A DNA stretch of 59,283 bases, counting the filler. It is 7 parts of 7 records of this genome, joined end to end, with 100 filler letters (N's around TTAATTAATTAA, not from the genome) between each part and the next. Parts side by side here need not be neighbours in the genome. Positions count along the whole stretch, not along the records: positions 1 to 12,697 come from SRR31156797_53751; positions 12,798 to 24,837 come from SRR31156797_53821; 5 more parts are not named here. One strand, given 5' to 3'. A program made the translations under genes and the position numbers. Below the pieces are notes generated by a model, which was given only the letters and a program-made list of their open reading frames with translations, was not told where the DNA came from and did no database searches. Each line of letters begins with the position of its first letter. Position 1 is the stretch's first letter. Below are positions 7,664-17,466 of this stretch, piece by piece.

Positions 7664-8776
7664 ATGCAGATCGATTTCCATCACGCAGTAACTTATGTTG
7701 CAGCACGGCTGGCACGGTTTTCAGTGGAGGATGCCAATCTTATCAGCTATTCGGCCCAGTATGTGGACGACGCGGTGAATTCGGGGACCATCCGATTCCG
7801 GAACAAGGCCATGTACAGCCGGATCAGTTCGGCCCACAAGATGCTGGATTACCGGAATTTTGAGGAGCTGGCCAACCATTTCACCTGGGTGCCCTTCCAT
7901 TTTCTGCCGGGCAACGGCGGAAAACAGGCGGGTGACAGCCCTGCCGGCGGTTTTGTCAACAAGCTGGTCTGTACCCCGGATTCACCCGTGGCAAAGGAAA
8001 TGGTGAACTCCTGCATCGCCTGCCATGACATGGATTACGGGTTGCACCGGCTGGGAATCACCATGCATGTGCTGGCGGACACCTTTGCCCACCAGGGATT
8101 TGCCGGCATCAATCACGAAATCAATGAGGTGGAAGACCTGGAGAAAGAGGACGGCGATCCCAGAAGTCTTATCGGGAAACTGGCGGACTATTTTGGTGAT
8201 GTTTTTGATACGGTGAAGAACAAGGTGGTCAGTGACGCCTTTCCCCTGGGCCATGGCGGCGCCCTGACCTGTCCGGACCTGCCCTTCCTGAAATGGAAGT
8301 ATAAAAATGGGGCAGGGAAGCCGGTGGTGCGGGATAACACGAAAATTTTCATGGATGCCGTTGAGAGAATCCATGAAGCCATGGTTTGCTTTCGGGAGAA
8401 GGATCCCGATTACATCCTGAAGGCGGAGGACCGGATCTCCCCCCGGGACCTGGCCAAGATCCGGGAGAATTTCCTCGATTTTGAAGATGAGGAGGGGGAA
8501 GACCGGCACAGGAAATGGGTGGATTCCATTGCAAACGGCGATTTCAGTTTTGCTGAAAAGGGCCAGGAAACCCTGTCCTATGTTCACAAGGGCATCAATT
8601 CCTGGAAGCATGAGGCCCTGGATACGAAAAAGGAAGTGGAAACAAAAAACGAGCTGTTCCGATTCTCCCCTGAATTCCTCGACAGTGACTGGAAGCAGTT
8701 CCACGACGCCCTGCAGATCCATCGGATCGATATCATCAGGAACATTCTCCCGAAATACGGCATCTGCGTGGCGTGA
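7664..8776 (+). CDS. Hypothetical protein, DUF6765-like, possible Zn-dependent phospholipase C/nuclease-like fold
   Basis: ATG 7664 after GGGAGG; MQIDFHHAVTYVAARLA, SAQYVDD, WVPFHFLPG, HRLGITMHVLADTFAHQGF. Family assignment from recall, not searched. Confidence 0.7.
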   Translation: MQIDFHHAVTYVAARLARFSVEDANLISYSAQYVDDAVNSGTIRFRNKAMYSRISSAHKMLDYRNFEELANHFTWVPFHFLPGNGGKQAGDSPAGGFVNKLVCTPDSPVAKEMVNSCIACHDMDYGLHRLGITMHVLADTFAHQGFAGINHEINEVEDLEKEDGDPRSLIGKLADYFGDVFDTVKNKVVSDAFPLGHGGALTCPDLPFLKWKYKNGAGKPVVRDNTKIFMDAVERIHEAMVCFREKDPDYILKAEDRISPRDLAKIRENFLDFEDEEGEDRHRKWVDSIANGDFSFAEKGQETLSYVHKGINSWKHEALDTKKEVETKNELFRFSPEFLDSDWKQFHDALQIHRIDIIRNILPKYGICVA

Positions 8777-8874
8777 CCCCATGGGCGACTAGAGCGTTTT
8801 ACCCGCAATATCCGGAAACACGGACGCTCTATTTCTCCCGGGGTTTAACTTTTTTTGCGGAAAAGAGGTGTGGC

Positions 8875-11343
8875 ATGTACGAAAAGACAGATGAAGTAAG
8901 AGACCAACTCAAGGCGTATACCCCCGGAAACATGAAAGAGAAGCTTCCGCTTCTGGACACCCTGCTGGGACTTCACCGTACTGAGAAAGCCGCCGTTGAT
9001 ATTGAAAGGGCCTGGCATATGACGGCCCATTTTAAGGAAACCGAAGATCGGGAGATCCCCATGCCGGTGAGAAGGGCCCAGGCCGTCAGCCGGTATCTCT
9101 CCCGGCGAAATATCTATTTTCATGACGACAACATGCTGGGGGGGGCCACCACCGATAAAGCCCTGGGTGCACCCCTGTATCCCGAGTTCTTCGGGTTGAG
9201 CATCTGGCCGGAGCTGGGCACGATCAGCACCCGGAAAGACAATCCTCAGTTCCTCAGCAGGGAAGATGCCGATCGTCTCAATTTCGAGGTGTTTCCCTAT
9301 TGGATGGAAAGATCCATATCCGAGGAGGTCCGAAAGGTGGACCCCTACCGGCAGGCGCTGCTGGAAAAGATGATCATCTATACCGTCTCCAAGGCCGCCA
9401 CCATTTCCCATACCACCCCCTGTTATGAGCTGGTCCTTCAGAAAGGGATCAAGGGCATCCTGGAAGAGGCCATTCAAAAGCAGGCGGAACACGGGGATGA
9501 CGATGAAAAGGCTGTTTTTTATCACTCTGTCCGGATCGCCATGCAGGGCATTCTGGATTATGCCGCTAATATCGCAAGGAAAGCGGCCCAAAAGGCGGAT
9601 GAAGAGACGGACCCGGAACGGAAAAAGAATTTCCGGCGCATTGCCGAAAGCTGTGAACGGGTGCCGGCCCACCCGGCAACGACCTATCATGAAGCCGTGA
9701 ATTCCCTGTGGATCTGCCAGGTCGCCGTGTTTGCGGAAAACTCCAACATGGCCATCAACCCCGGTCGCCTGGATCAGATCCTGTACCCCTATTTTATCCG
9801 GGAGTATGAATCCGGCGCCCTTTCCATCGAGGAGGCGTTGAATATCACCGGGTCCCTGTGGTTCAAGATCGCCGATAATGTGAACCTTGTGCCGGAAGCC
9901 GCGGAACGGCTGTTCGGAGGGGCGGGGGCTGTGCCCGCTGTCACCCTTGGCGGTGTGGACAGGGACGGCAACGATGCGGTCAATGAACTGACCTATCTTT
10001 TACTGAAAATCACGGAGCTGCTGCCCATCCGGGATCCCAATGTGAATGCCCGGTTTCACCCGGAAAAGAATCCCGTTGAATATCGCAATGAGGTGAGCCG
10101 GGTGATCCTGACCAACAAGGCGATACCCGCTTTTTTCAATGATGTCGAGAACATCAAAACCCTTGTCAACCAGGGGGAAACCCTGGCCCATGCCCGGGAC
10201 TATGCCGTGATCGGCTGTGTGGAGCTGGGCAGCCCGGGCAGGGATTACAGCGCCAGTTCCTCCATATTCATGATGATGTACACCATCCTTTACATGGCGC
10301 TCCATAACGGCCGTACCCTGGTGACAGGGGACTCGCCCCTCTGGAAGGCCACGGGCGATCCTGGAGACTTTACCGATTTTCAGCAGTTCTGGGCGGCCTA
10401 TGCCGAGCAGACACGGCTCATGGCGGAAAATGCGGTTGTCCTGAACAATACCTATGGCGAAAAGCACCAGGCGTTCCTGCCCACCCCGTTGTTGTCCGCC
10501 ATGTTCAAGGGCCCCATGGACAAGGGCAAAGACCTGATTGACGGCGGGGCGGTGTATAATTCTTCCGGGGTGACCCATATCGGTTTTTCCGATGTGTGCG
10601 ATTCCCTCTGCGCCATCAAGGATATCTGTTTCAATGAAGACAACACCGATATGCGCCTCACCCTTCCGGAGCTTGTGCAGGCGGTGGACAATGATTTCAA
10701 GGGGCATGAAAAGCTTGCCGCATACCTGAAAAACAAGGCGCCCAAGTACGGCACCGACCATCCCGTTGCCGTTGATATCTCCCAAAGATTGATTGAACTG
10801 GGATATGAGGTGTTCAACGGCCGGGAGAATTATCGCGGCGGCAATTACCGGGTCGCCTACTGGACCATGACCAACCATGCCGGGTACGGCAAAGTGACCG
10901 GGGCCCTGCCCAGCGGCAGAAAAGCCCATGTGCCGTTCTCAAGCGGCATCACCCCGGCGTCCCAGATCGACACCCCGTTGACAACGAGCCTGGATGCCGT
11001 TGCCGCCCTGAACAGCAAGCAGACCCCCGGGGCCTATGCCCTGAACATGAAATTTTCCCCCGTGACGTGTTCCCCGGAAAATGCGGACCGGTTCGGAAGC
11101 ATGGTTCAAGCCTATATGAACAACGGCGGCCAGCAGGTCCAGTTCAACATTCAGGATTATGAGACCTTGAAAGAGGCCAGGGATGACCCCGGCAGTCACC
11201 CCCACCTGCTGGTGAGGGTGTCCGGGTATTCCGCCTATTTCAAATCATTGAACCGGGCGATGCAGGACGAGCTGATCACGCGAAGCCAGTACAACCTGTC
11301 TTCCGGTGAATTTGTCCCCTTAATCATCCGGAAAGGAGTCTGA
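8875..11343 (+). CDS. Glycyl radical enzyme (PFL2/eliminase-like, substrate unknown)
   Basis: Cys loop YAVIGCVELG, Gly loop LLVRVSGYSAYF, GRLDQILYPY; ATG 8875 after GAGG. Confidence 0.93.
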   Translation: MYEKTDEVRDQLKAYTPGNMKEKLPLLDTLLGLHRTEKAAVDIERAWHMTAHFKETEDREIPMPVRRAQAVSRYLSRRNIYFHDDNMLGGATTDKALGAPLYPEFFGLSIWPELGTISTRKDNPQFLSREDADRLNFEVFPYWMERSISEEVRKVDPYRQALLEKMIIYTVSKAATISHTTPCYELVLQKGIKGILEEAIQKQAEHGDDDEKAVFYHSVRIAMQGILDYAANIARKAAQKADEETDPERKKNFRRIAESCERVPAHPATTYHEAVNSLWICQVAVFAENSNMAINPGRLDQILYPYFIREYESGALSIEEALNITGSLWFKIADNVNLVPEAAERLFGGAGAVPAVTLGGVDRDGNDAVNELTYLLLKITELLPIRDPNVNARFHPEKNPVEYRNEVSRVILTNKAIPAFFNDVENIKTLVNQGETLAHARDYAVIGCVELGSPGRDYSASSSIFMMMYTILYMALHNGRTLVTGDSPLWKATGDPGDFTDFQQFWAAYAEQTRLMAENAVVLNNTYGEKHQAFLPTPLLSAMFKGPMDKGKDLIDGGAVYNSSGVTHIGFSDVCDSLCAIKDICFNEDNTDMRLTLPELVQAVDNDFKGHEKLAAYLKNKAPKYGTDHPVAVDISQRLIELGYEVFNGRENYRGGNYRVAYWTMTNHAGYGKVTGALPSGRKAHVPFSSGITPASQIDTPLTTSLDAVAALNSKQTPGAYALNMKFSPVTCSPENADRFGSMVQAYMNNGGQQVQFNIQDYETLKEARDDPGSHPHLLVRVSGYSAYFKSLNRAMQDELITRSQYNLSSGEFVPLIIRKGV

Positions 11344-11344
11344 A

Positions 11345-11878
11345 ATGGATTTTGTAAAGTCAATTGAAGGGCTGTCGGGAAAGATGAGAGAATCGTTGAT
11401 TCAAAAAGAGCTGAAGGGGCTTAAGGCCGAGATAGAAACCGAAGTCGCCGGAGAAGCCCTGGATAAACTGCTCTATCTGCTGCTCAAGGCCATGGGCCTG
11501 CTGTTTATTGTGGATAAAGAGTATCGAAAGAACATCAAGGATTTTACCGCCACCTATGTGATCTGCAGCCAGGACAAAAAGATCGATGTCTCTGCCATAT
11601 TTAAAAAGATCAATGGGATATTTTCCGAAAAAGACGGCATGGAGGTCAAGGACACCATTGTTGAAAACCCTACCACCACCGTGACCTTCAGGGATGGCAA
11701 GGCAATGGCCGAGTTTCTGCTCTCCGGGAATCCCGATGTGATTGCCGGGATGCTCGACAACCAGTTGAGTGTGTCGGGCAATTTGAATTACCTGTTCAAG
11801 TTTGTCTACCTGCTGTGGCTCATCCCGGAATTGCTGGGAATCAATGATTTCAAGGAGCTGTTGAGTCATCAAACCTGA
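11345..11878 (+). CDS. Hypothetical protein with SCP2-like C-terminal region
   Basis: Starts 1 nt after GRE stop; TVTFRDGKAMAEFLLSGNPDVIAGMLDNQLSVSGNL resembles the SCP2 C-terminus (inference). Confidence 0.7.
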   Translation: MDFVKSIEGLSGKMRESLIQKELKGLKAEIETEVAGEALDKLLYLLLKAMGLLFIVDKEYRKNIKDFTATYVICSQDKKIDVSAIFKKINGIFSEKDGMEVKDTIVENPTTTVTFRDGKAMAEFLLSGNPDVIAGMLDNQLSVSGNLNYLFKFVYLLWLIPELLGINDFKELLSHQT

Positions 11879-11885
11879 CGTCACA

Positions 11886-12697
11886 ATGGAGATGCCGGAA
11901 CCACTGATTTTCGATATTGCCCGGGGATCTTTTGTTGACGGGCCGGGCATCAGGACCACGGTTTTTTTCAAGGGCTGTCCCCTGTCGTGTCCCTGGTGCC
12001 ATAATCCCGAATCCCAGGCTTACACCGCTGAAACCCTGTTTTTCCCGGAAGCGTGTATCCAATGCGGCAATTGTGACCAGGGCAAGGAGTGCTTCACCCT
12101 TGCCCGGCGCACCATCGGGAAACCCTTGCCACCGGAACAGTTGATCGAGATCCTCCTCCGGGACCGGGCCTATTATGAAAACTCCGGGGGCGGGGTGACC
12201 TTTTCCGGGGGGGAAGCCCTGGGCTTTCCCGGGTATCTCTCCCGGGTGATTCCGGCATTGAAGGCGGAAAAGATTCACGTTGCCGTTCAGACCTGCGGGT
12301 ATTTTGACTTCAACGCCCTGGACGCGACCATCCTGCCCCGGATCGATCTGTTCCACTTTGATCTCAAGATCATGGATGACGGGGACCATACCCGCCTGCT
12401 CGGCAAATCCAATCATATCATCCTTGAAAACTTCCGCCGGCTGCTTGACCAGGGGTGCCATGTGCAGCCTCGGATTCCCCTGATTCCCCGTTTTGTGGCC
12501 AACCGGAAAAACCTTGACGCCCTGGCCCGCTTTCTATCACAGCACCGGGTGGGCCGGTGCGAGTTCCTCTATTATAACCCCGCTGTCCGGGGAAAATTGA
12601 TCGGCCTCAATCGCGAACCGGTTGAGGGACTGCCTGAAGAACCGGTTCCCATGGCTGAGAACCGTGCCTGGATCGATTCCTTCAAGCAGCAGTTCAA
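11886..12697 (+). CDS. Glycyl-radical enzyme activating enzyme (radical SAM), truncated at contig end
   Basis: DGPGIRTTVFFKGCPLSCPWCHNPES, GGGVTFSGGE, ferredoxin-like insert CIQCGNC..C. Confidence 0.95.
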
Positions 12698-12797
12698 NNN
12701 NNNNNNNNNNNNNNNNNNNNNNNNNNNNNNNNNNNNNNNNNTTAATTAATTAANNNNNNNNNNNNNNNNNNNNNNNNNNNNNNNNNNNNNNNNNNNN
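12698..12797. other. Artificial contig spacer
   Basis: N44-TTAATTAATTAA-N44. Confidence 0.99.
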
Positions 12798-12943
12798 GGG
12801 CAAATTGGCCATTTGTGGATGGGCACTTACTATCACTCCTGTTCTTATTCCTCAATGGGCCATACCTTTTTCTTTTACGGTATTTCGGGAATACAACTGC
12901 CGGTTCTTACCGGCCGGTGGCGTTGCGAGCCCGCCGGGCCGGT

Positions 12944-14311
12944 TTATGATTTATTTTCAAGCTTTTTTAGGGCAAGCAGCGCACGTAGATCATGAAAGGA
13001 TAAGAATATTTTCAAAACGTCCTTTACACGCCAATCTTCAATCCGCTCTATTCCTTTAATGATATAGCAGAGCGGCAGCAAAATGAATAGAATAACGGCA
13101 AAAAATGTTCGGTAAATGGAAAGCCTGCCGAGATCAAAAGAATGTAACAATTCCAGTAATCCGCCGCCCAAAAATGTTCCCGCCATTCCCGCGGCAGCTC
13201 CGGAAATTATCAGATAAAACATGTTGGTTCCGACTCTTTCCGTCTCCGGTACTGCCGTTAAAAAATAATGAGACAGAGATGTGCTTATTCCGGCAAGGGC
13301 CATGCCATTTATAAAAAAAATGGCCGCCTGATAAAATGGAATAAATTGCTGGGGCGAAATTACCCATAGAAATGCATTTATAACCAGTCCAAAGCTGTAC
13401 AGTATGAGCATGGGTCTGGGACCGACCCGGCCGAGCAGAAGGATATTGAATGAGGAGGCGACAATTCCTCCAAAAAGCTGAATCAAAGCGAAAGACAAGG
13501 CTTTGTGATCTGATACGGCGTAACCGTTTTTTAGGGCCACCATGGAGAAAGGGATCATAAGCATATTTGCAGTGGTGGCGGCAGTCCATGAAAACAACAG
13601 TTTTCGGCATCGGATATTTCTCCACAAAAATGAAAATGACTGGGAAACGGGTCTGCGAGCCGAAATCCTCGGTCCCGTAGACTCAGGAATGTGATAAACA
13701 AGAATGGATGCAACAATTCCAAATACGCAACCACCCAGGATAATGAATTGGAAGGTTTGTATGCTATCATAATATTTGACAATAAGCATTAATACGAGCA
13801 AAGTTGCAAAATAGAACATATTAAAATGTAGCCACATTCTTGAGAGAAAATGTCCGTAATTGTTTTTGCCTGTAATGTCTCCAATGAGCGGCGTATTTGA
13901 CGTGAAACCGATACTGCGAAAAGCAAAAAAGAGGAATGCGCTAAGGACGAACAAATTCAGACCAAATGATTGATTCGAAATGCTAATGACCACGGGCGCC
14001 AAACCCATCAATGCTGCAAAAGCATTTCTGATGAGCCAACTCGTTCCAAAAGTGTGAGCTGCACCAAATTTGCCAATCATATGTTTACCTATAAACATCA
14101 AAGGCATGGTTAAATACAAGAAGGAAGCCATAAAACCGATGAAAAAATCATCAGCTCCAATTTTTATGGCATATAGAATGAGGATGGCGTCGGAGAGACA
14201 GCAGTATGAAATGGTGTTGATTCTGACGAACCACAAAAAATGATTTCTACCGATTTTCTGGAGTTCCGGACTCAGTTTTGTATTGTCGATGCTTGGGTCC
14301 AATCGGTCCAT
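12944..14311 (-). CDS. MFS-type transporter
   Basis: 455 aa, about 12 hydrophobic segments, loop motifs GKFGAA and LGRVGPRP. Confidence 0.85.
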   Translation of the reverse strand: MDRLDPSIDNTKLSPELQKIGRNHFLWFVRINTISYCCLSDAILILYAIKIGADDFFIGFMASFLYLTMPLMFIGKHMIGKFGAAHTFGTSWLIRNAFAALMGLAPVVISISNQSFGLNLFVLSAFLFFAFRSIGFTSNTPLIGDITGKNNYGHFLSRMWLHFNMFYFATLLVLMLIVKYYDSIQTFQFIILGGCVFGIVASILVYHIPESTGPRISARRPVSQSFSFLWRNIRCRKLLFSWTAATTANMLMIPFSMVALKNGYAVSDHKALSFALIQLFGGIVASSFNILLLGRVGPRPMLILYSFGLVINAFLWVISPQQFIPFYQAAIFFINGMALAGISTSLSHYFLTAVPETERVGTNMFYLIISGAAAGMAGTFLGGGLLELLHSFDLGRLSIYRTFFAVILFILLPLCYIIKGIERIEDWRVKDVLKIFLSFHDLRALLALKKLENKS

Positions 14312-14473
14312 TCCTTATCTGATGCAAAGAAAACAACAGCAAGGAAATATCGGCATAAGCCTTTTGTTTTTCCCATTCGGGGATGCCGGCATAGCCCGGC
14401 TAAGTTGAATGCCGCCATTGATCTGGAAAATGACCCCGGATGGTAACGCAATGGGACGTGACATCAGTCTTTT

Positions 14474-15049
14474 TTAGCCCGGGTTTGCGTTTGTTGCTTT
14501 CCAGGTCTTCAACCAATCCTCCACCGCATATCCGGTGCCGAAACGCCAGGGACGGAGTTTTTCCGGGCGAACGGCCTTTATTTCAGCGAGTTCTTCACCC
14601 ATGACGATTTTCCCTTCGGCCTTTACGTGGAAAACCAATATCAACTGGTTCATCTGGAAAAAAGAATAGCAGCCCACAAAATCGACAATTTCGGCTTCCA
14701 GCCCGAGTTCTTCTTTGACTTCCCGGAGGACGCCCGCTTCAGGGGTCTCTCCTTTCTCAAGAAACCCCGTAACAAGTCCGAATATTTTCTCCGGCCACTG
14801 CTTGTTGCGGACGAGAATGACGTCTCCATTCAGTTCTATTATTGCGCCAACAACGGGAATCGGATTGTTCCAGAATACGTAGCTGCAAGATTCGGATGGA
14901 CATTTCTGGCGTGGTTTTCCGTCTACCTCAGCAATTGACAATTTATTCCCACATTGGGGGCAGAATTTCATGGCCTCGTAAGTTTCGTCGCCTTTCAGTT
15001 TTTGAGCCGCGTCCGCCGGGGATTCTCCGTCCCTGTCAGATTTTTCCAT
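14474..15049 (-). CDS. NUDIX hydrolase with N-terminal zinc ribbon (start 15049 or 14971)
   Basis: MKFCPQCG...CPSESC; Nudix box GFLEKGETPEAGVLREVKEELG. Confidence 0.9.
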   Translation of the reverse strand: MEKSDRDGESPADAAQKLKGDETYEAMKFCPQCGNKLSIAEVDGKPRQKCPSESCSYVFWNNPIPVVGAIIELNGDVILVRNKQWPEKIFGLVTGFLEKGETPEAGVLREVKEELGLEAEIVDFVGCYSFFQMNQLILVFHVKAEGKIVMGEELAEIKAVRPEKLRPWRFGTGYAVEDWLKTWKATNANPG

Positions 15050-15053
15050 TACC

Positions 15054-16175
15054 TTAGTATCCCAATTCCTGAGCCACTCTTTCCCGATGAAAAACCGCGT
15101 CGCCAAAAAGGGCGCCCAGGCATTTGGCCCTCTTGAGATAGATGTGAAGTTCGTGTTCCCAGGAAAAACCGATGCCGCCCAATATCTGAAGAACTTCCTT
15201 GGTGACCTTCCCATACATGTCGCTTGAAAATGCCTTGGCCACGGATGCATTTAGCGTGGCTTCATTTTCTTCCTGTTCCTGTGCCCATGCCGCATAATAG
15301 ACAATGGATCGGGCACACTCCACTTCCATCAATAGTTCGGCGCATGTATGCTTTATGGCCTGAAAACCGCCGATGGCCTGGCCGAATTGAACCCTCGTCT
15401 TGGCGTACTCAACCCCCATGTCAAGGACCCTCCGGCCGCCGCCCGCCATGTCCATGGAATAGGCCACATTGACCTTGTTGAGAACTTGCCTTAAAACCGG
15501 AACGGCTACGCCGGCCTCCCCTAATAGGGCATCCTTGGGGACTTGGACGTTATTAAAAACGACCTCGCAAAGGTTCACGGTCCGGTCCATGGCGTCTAGA
15601 ACATTTATTTTAACCCCCGGATCTTCTTTTTCAACCAGGAAGAGCGCCAACCCTTTCTCGGTCCTGGCAACGCAGATGATAAAATCGGCCATGTCTGCAT
15701 CGGGGACAAAGATCTTTGTGCCGTTCAGGGTAAAGTATTCTCCGGCGTTATGGGCCGTGAGCGACATGTTTTCCAGACTGCTCAAATCGCCCGGTTCGGC
15801 CCAGGCCAGTGTTCCTCTAAGCTCTCCCGTAGCCATTTTCGTGAGGTAGCTCTCTTTCTGATGGGGACTTCCCGAAAGCCGTATGGCCTCGCCCGCCAGC
15901 ACAACCGACGATATAAAGGGGCCCGGCATGGGGCCCCTTCCCATTTCTTCAAGAATGACCGCAAGGTCCACAAATCCTAAACCCAAACCGCCGTATTCCT
16001 CGGGGATCAAGACTGCTGTCCAACCTAACTCGCCGATTTTCCGCCACATCTCCTCTGTGAAGGAGGCCTTGTTATCCACGAACTGTTTTATGACGTCAAC
16101 GCTGCATTCTTTCTCAACGAAACGTCTCGCCGAATCCCGCAGAATTTCCTGTTCCTGGCTGAAAGTGAAGTCCAT
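15054..16175 (-). CDS. Acyl-CoA dehydrogenase, short partner-subunit type
   Basis: MDFTFSQEQEILRDSARRF, RVQFGQAIGGFQAIKH, QILGGIGFSWE. Confidence 0.93.
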   Translation of the reverse strand: MDFTFSQEQEILRDSARRFVEKECSVDVIKQFVDNKASFTEEMWRKIGELGWTAVLIPEEYGGLGLGFVDLAVILEEMGRGPMPGPFISSVVLAGEAIRLSGSPHQKESYLTKMATGELRGTLAWAEPGDLSSLENMSLTAHNAGEYFTLNGTKIFVPDADMADFIICVARTEKGLALFLVEKEDPGVKINVLDAMDRTVNLCEVVFNNVQVPKDALLGEAGVAVPVLRQVLNKVNVAYSMDMAGGGRRVLDMGVEYAKTRVQFGQAIGGFQAIKHTCAELLMEVECARSIVYYAAWAQEQEENEATLNASVAKAFSSDMYGKVTKEVLQILGGIGFSWEHELHIYLKRAKCLGALFGDAVFHRERVAQELGY

Positions 16176-16205
16176 ATTCGGAATAATCCCCCCCTAATGG
16201 TTTTT

Positions 16206-17429
16206 TTATGTCCTGGCCGAATCCTTGGGCAGGCCTAAAACCCGTTCGCCGATAATGTTTTTCTGAATTTCGGAAGTTCCCTGTTCAATGGTATTTCCTT
16301 TGGCCCGAAGGAAATGAAATCCCCATTTCCCCTTGTCCATGGCGTATTTGCTGTGGGCGGTCAATTGGTGATAAGGACCTAACATGTCGATTGCCGTTTC
16401 CGTCATCCTCTGATGGAGTTGGCTCCAGAACAGCTTTCCCACGGAGCCTTCCGGCCCCGGCATTTCCCCCTTGGCAAGTTTGCTCATATTTCTGTAACCG
16501 TTGCACCGCATAACAGAGAGCTCAACATAAATCTGCGCCAGTTTCTGCCGAATTATCGGGTCTTCCGATGCGGCCCGCCCATTTAATTTCAGTTTCTTTG
16601 CCAATTGGACCAGTTCATCATATTCCTTCAAAAAAGTGGGAACCATGGCCACCTCGCCAAGATACCGTTCATGCCCCAATGTGGTCAGGGCCACCTTCCA
16701 TCCGTCCCCTTCATTGCCCACCCGCATGGTCTCGGGGACCCTCACATCTTGGAAAAAGACTTCGTTAAATTCGGGATCCCCCGCGATATTCATGATGGGA
16801 CGGACTTCTATCCCGGGGGATTTCATATCCACCAGGAAGTAGCTCAGGCCTTTGTGTTTGGCAACGGTCGGGTCTGTTCTGCAGACCAATATGCACCAAT
16901 CGGCCACCTGGGCGAAGCTGCTCCAGATTTTTTGCCCGTTAATAATATATTCATCCCCTTCTTTGACCGCCCGGGCGCCGAGAGCGGCCAGGTCGGAGCC
17001 TGCGTTGGGCTCTGAGAATCCCTGACTCCAGATGATCCGGCCGCTGAGAGTCTTTGGCAGAAATTCTTCCTTTTGCGCCTGGTTTCCCCAGGCGAGGATG
17101 GTCGGGGCCGCAAGACCCAGAGAAATGACGTGGCATCCGCCCATGGCATGGAAATATACGGGGCCGGTCAATTCCGATACCATTATATTTTCCATGACGC
17201 CGCCTTCAGCACCCCCATAGATTTTGGGAAAATTGATCCCGGCGTATCCGGCATCAAAGAGGTTGCCCTGAAAACGCCTGTATTCTCCGGCCATTTCTTC
17301 CCAAGTGCCTGGCGCTTCATACCCGGGTTTGTCAAAACCCTCCGGGGTGTGTGAATTCAGCCACGTTTCAAACTTGTCTCTGAATGCCTGCTCGCTTTCG
17401 GTATAACGAAAATCCATGCTCTTCTCCAA
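16206..17429 (-). CDS. Acyl-CoA dehydrogenase
   Basis: WSQGFSEPNAGSDLA, INGQKIWSS, LGHER, GTSEIQKNIIGERVLGLP. Confidence 0.95.
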   Translation of the reverse strand: MEKSMDFRYTESEQAFRDKFETWLNSHTPEGFDKPGYEAPGTWEEMAGEYRRFQGNLFDAGYAGINFPKIYGGAEGGVMENIMVSELTGPVYFHAMGGCHVISLGLAAPTILAWGNQAQKEEFLPKTLSGRIIWSQGFSEPNAGSDLAALGARAVKEGDEYIINGQKIWSSFAQVADWCILVCRTDPTVAKHKGLSYFLVDMKSPGIEVRPIMNIAGDPEFNEVFFQDVRVPETMRVGNEGDGWKVALTTLGHERYLGEVAMVPTFLKEYDELVQLAKKLKLNGRAASEDPIIRQKLAQIYVELSVMRCNGYRNMSKLAKGEMPGPEGSVGKLFWSQLHQRMTETAIDMLGPYHQLTAHSKYAMDKGKWGFHFLRAKGNTIEQGTSEIQKNIIGERVLGLPKDSART

Positions 17430-17466
17430 GATGATGTACGATGGCGTTAATGCGGTTTCTCCTGCC

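Noticed and set aside
8875-11343. Pyruvate formate-lyase or benzyl/alkylsuccinate synthase
   Set aside because: The Cys loop is GCVE rather than Cys-Cys, and no small Fe-S subunit genes flank it.
12798-12863. Minus-strand ATG GCC CAT TGA GGA (MAH-U-GIRTG) as another selenoprotein start
   Set aside because: Only about 22 codons before the contig end, no clear SECIS, and an alternative SD plus GTG start exists; not supportable.
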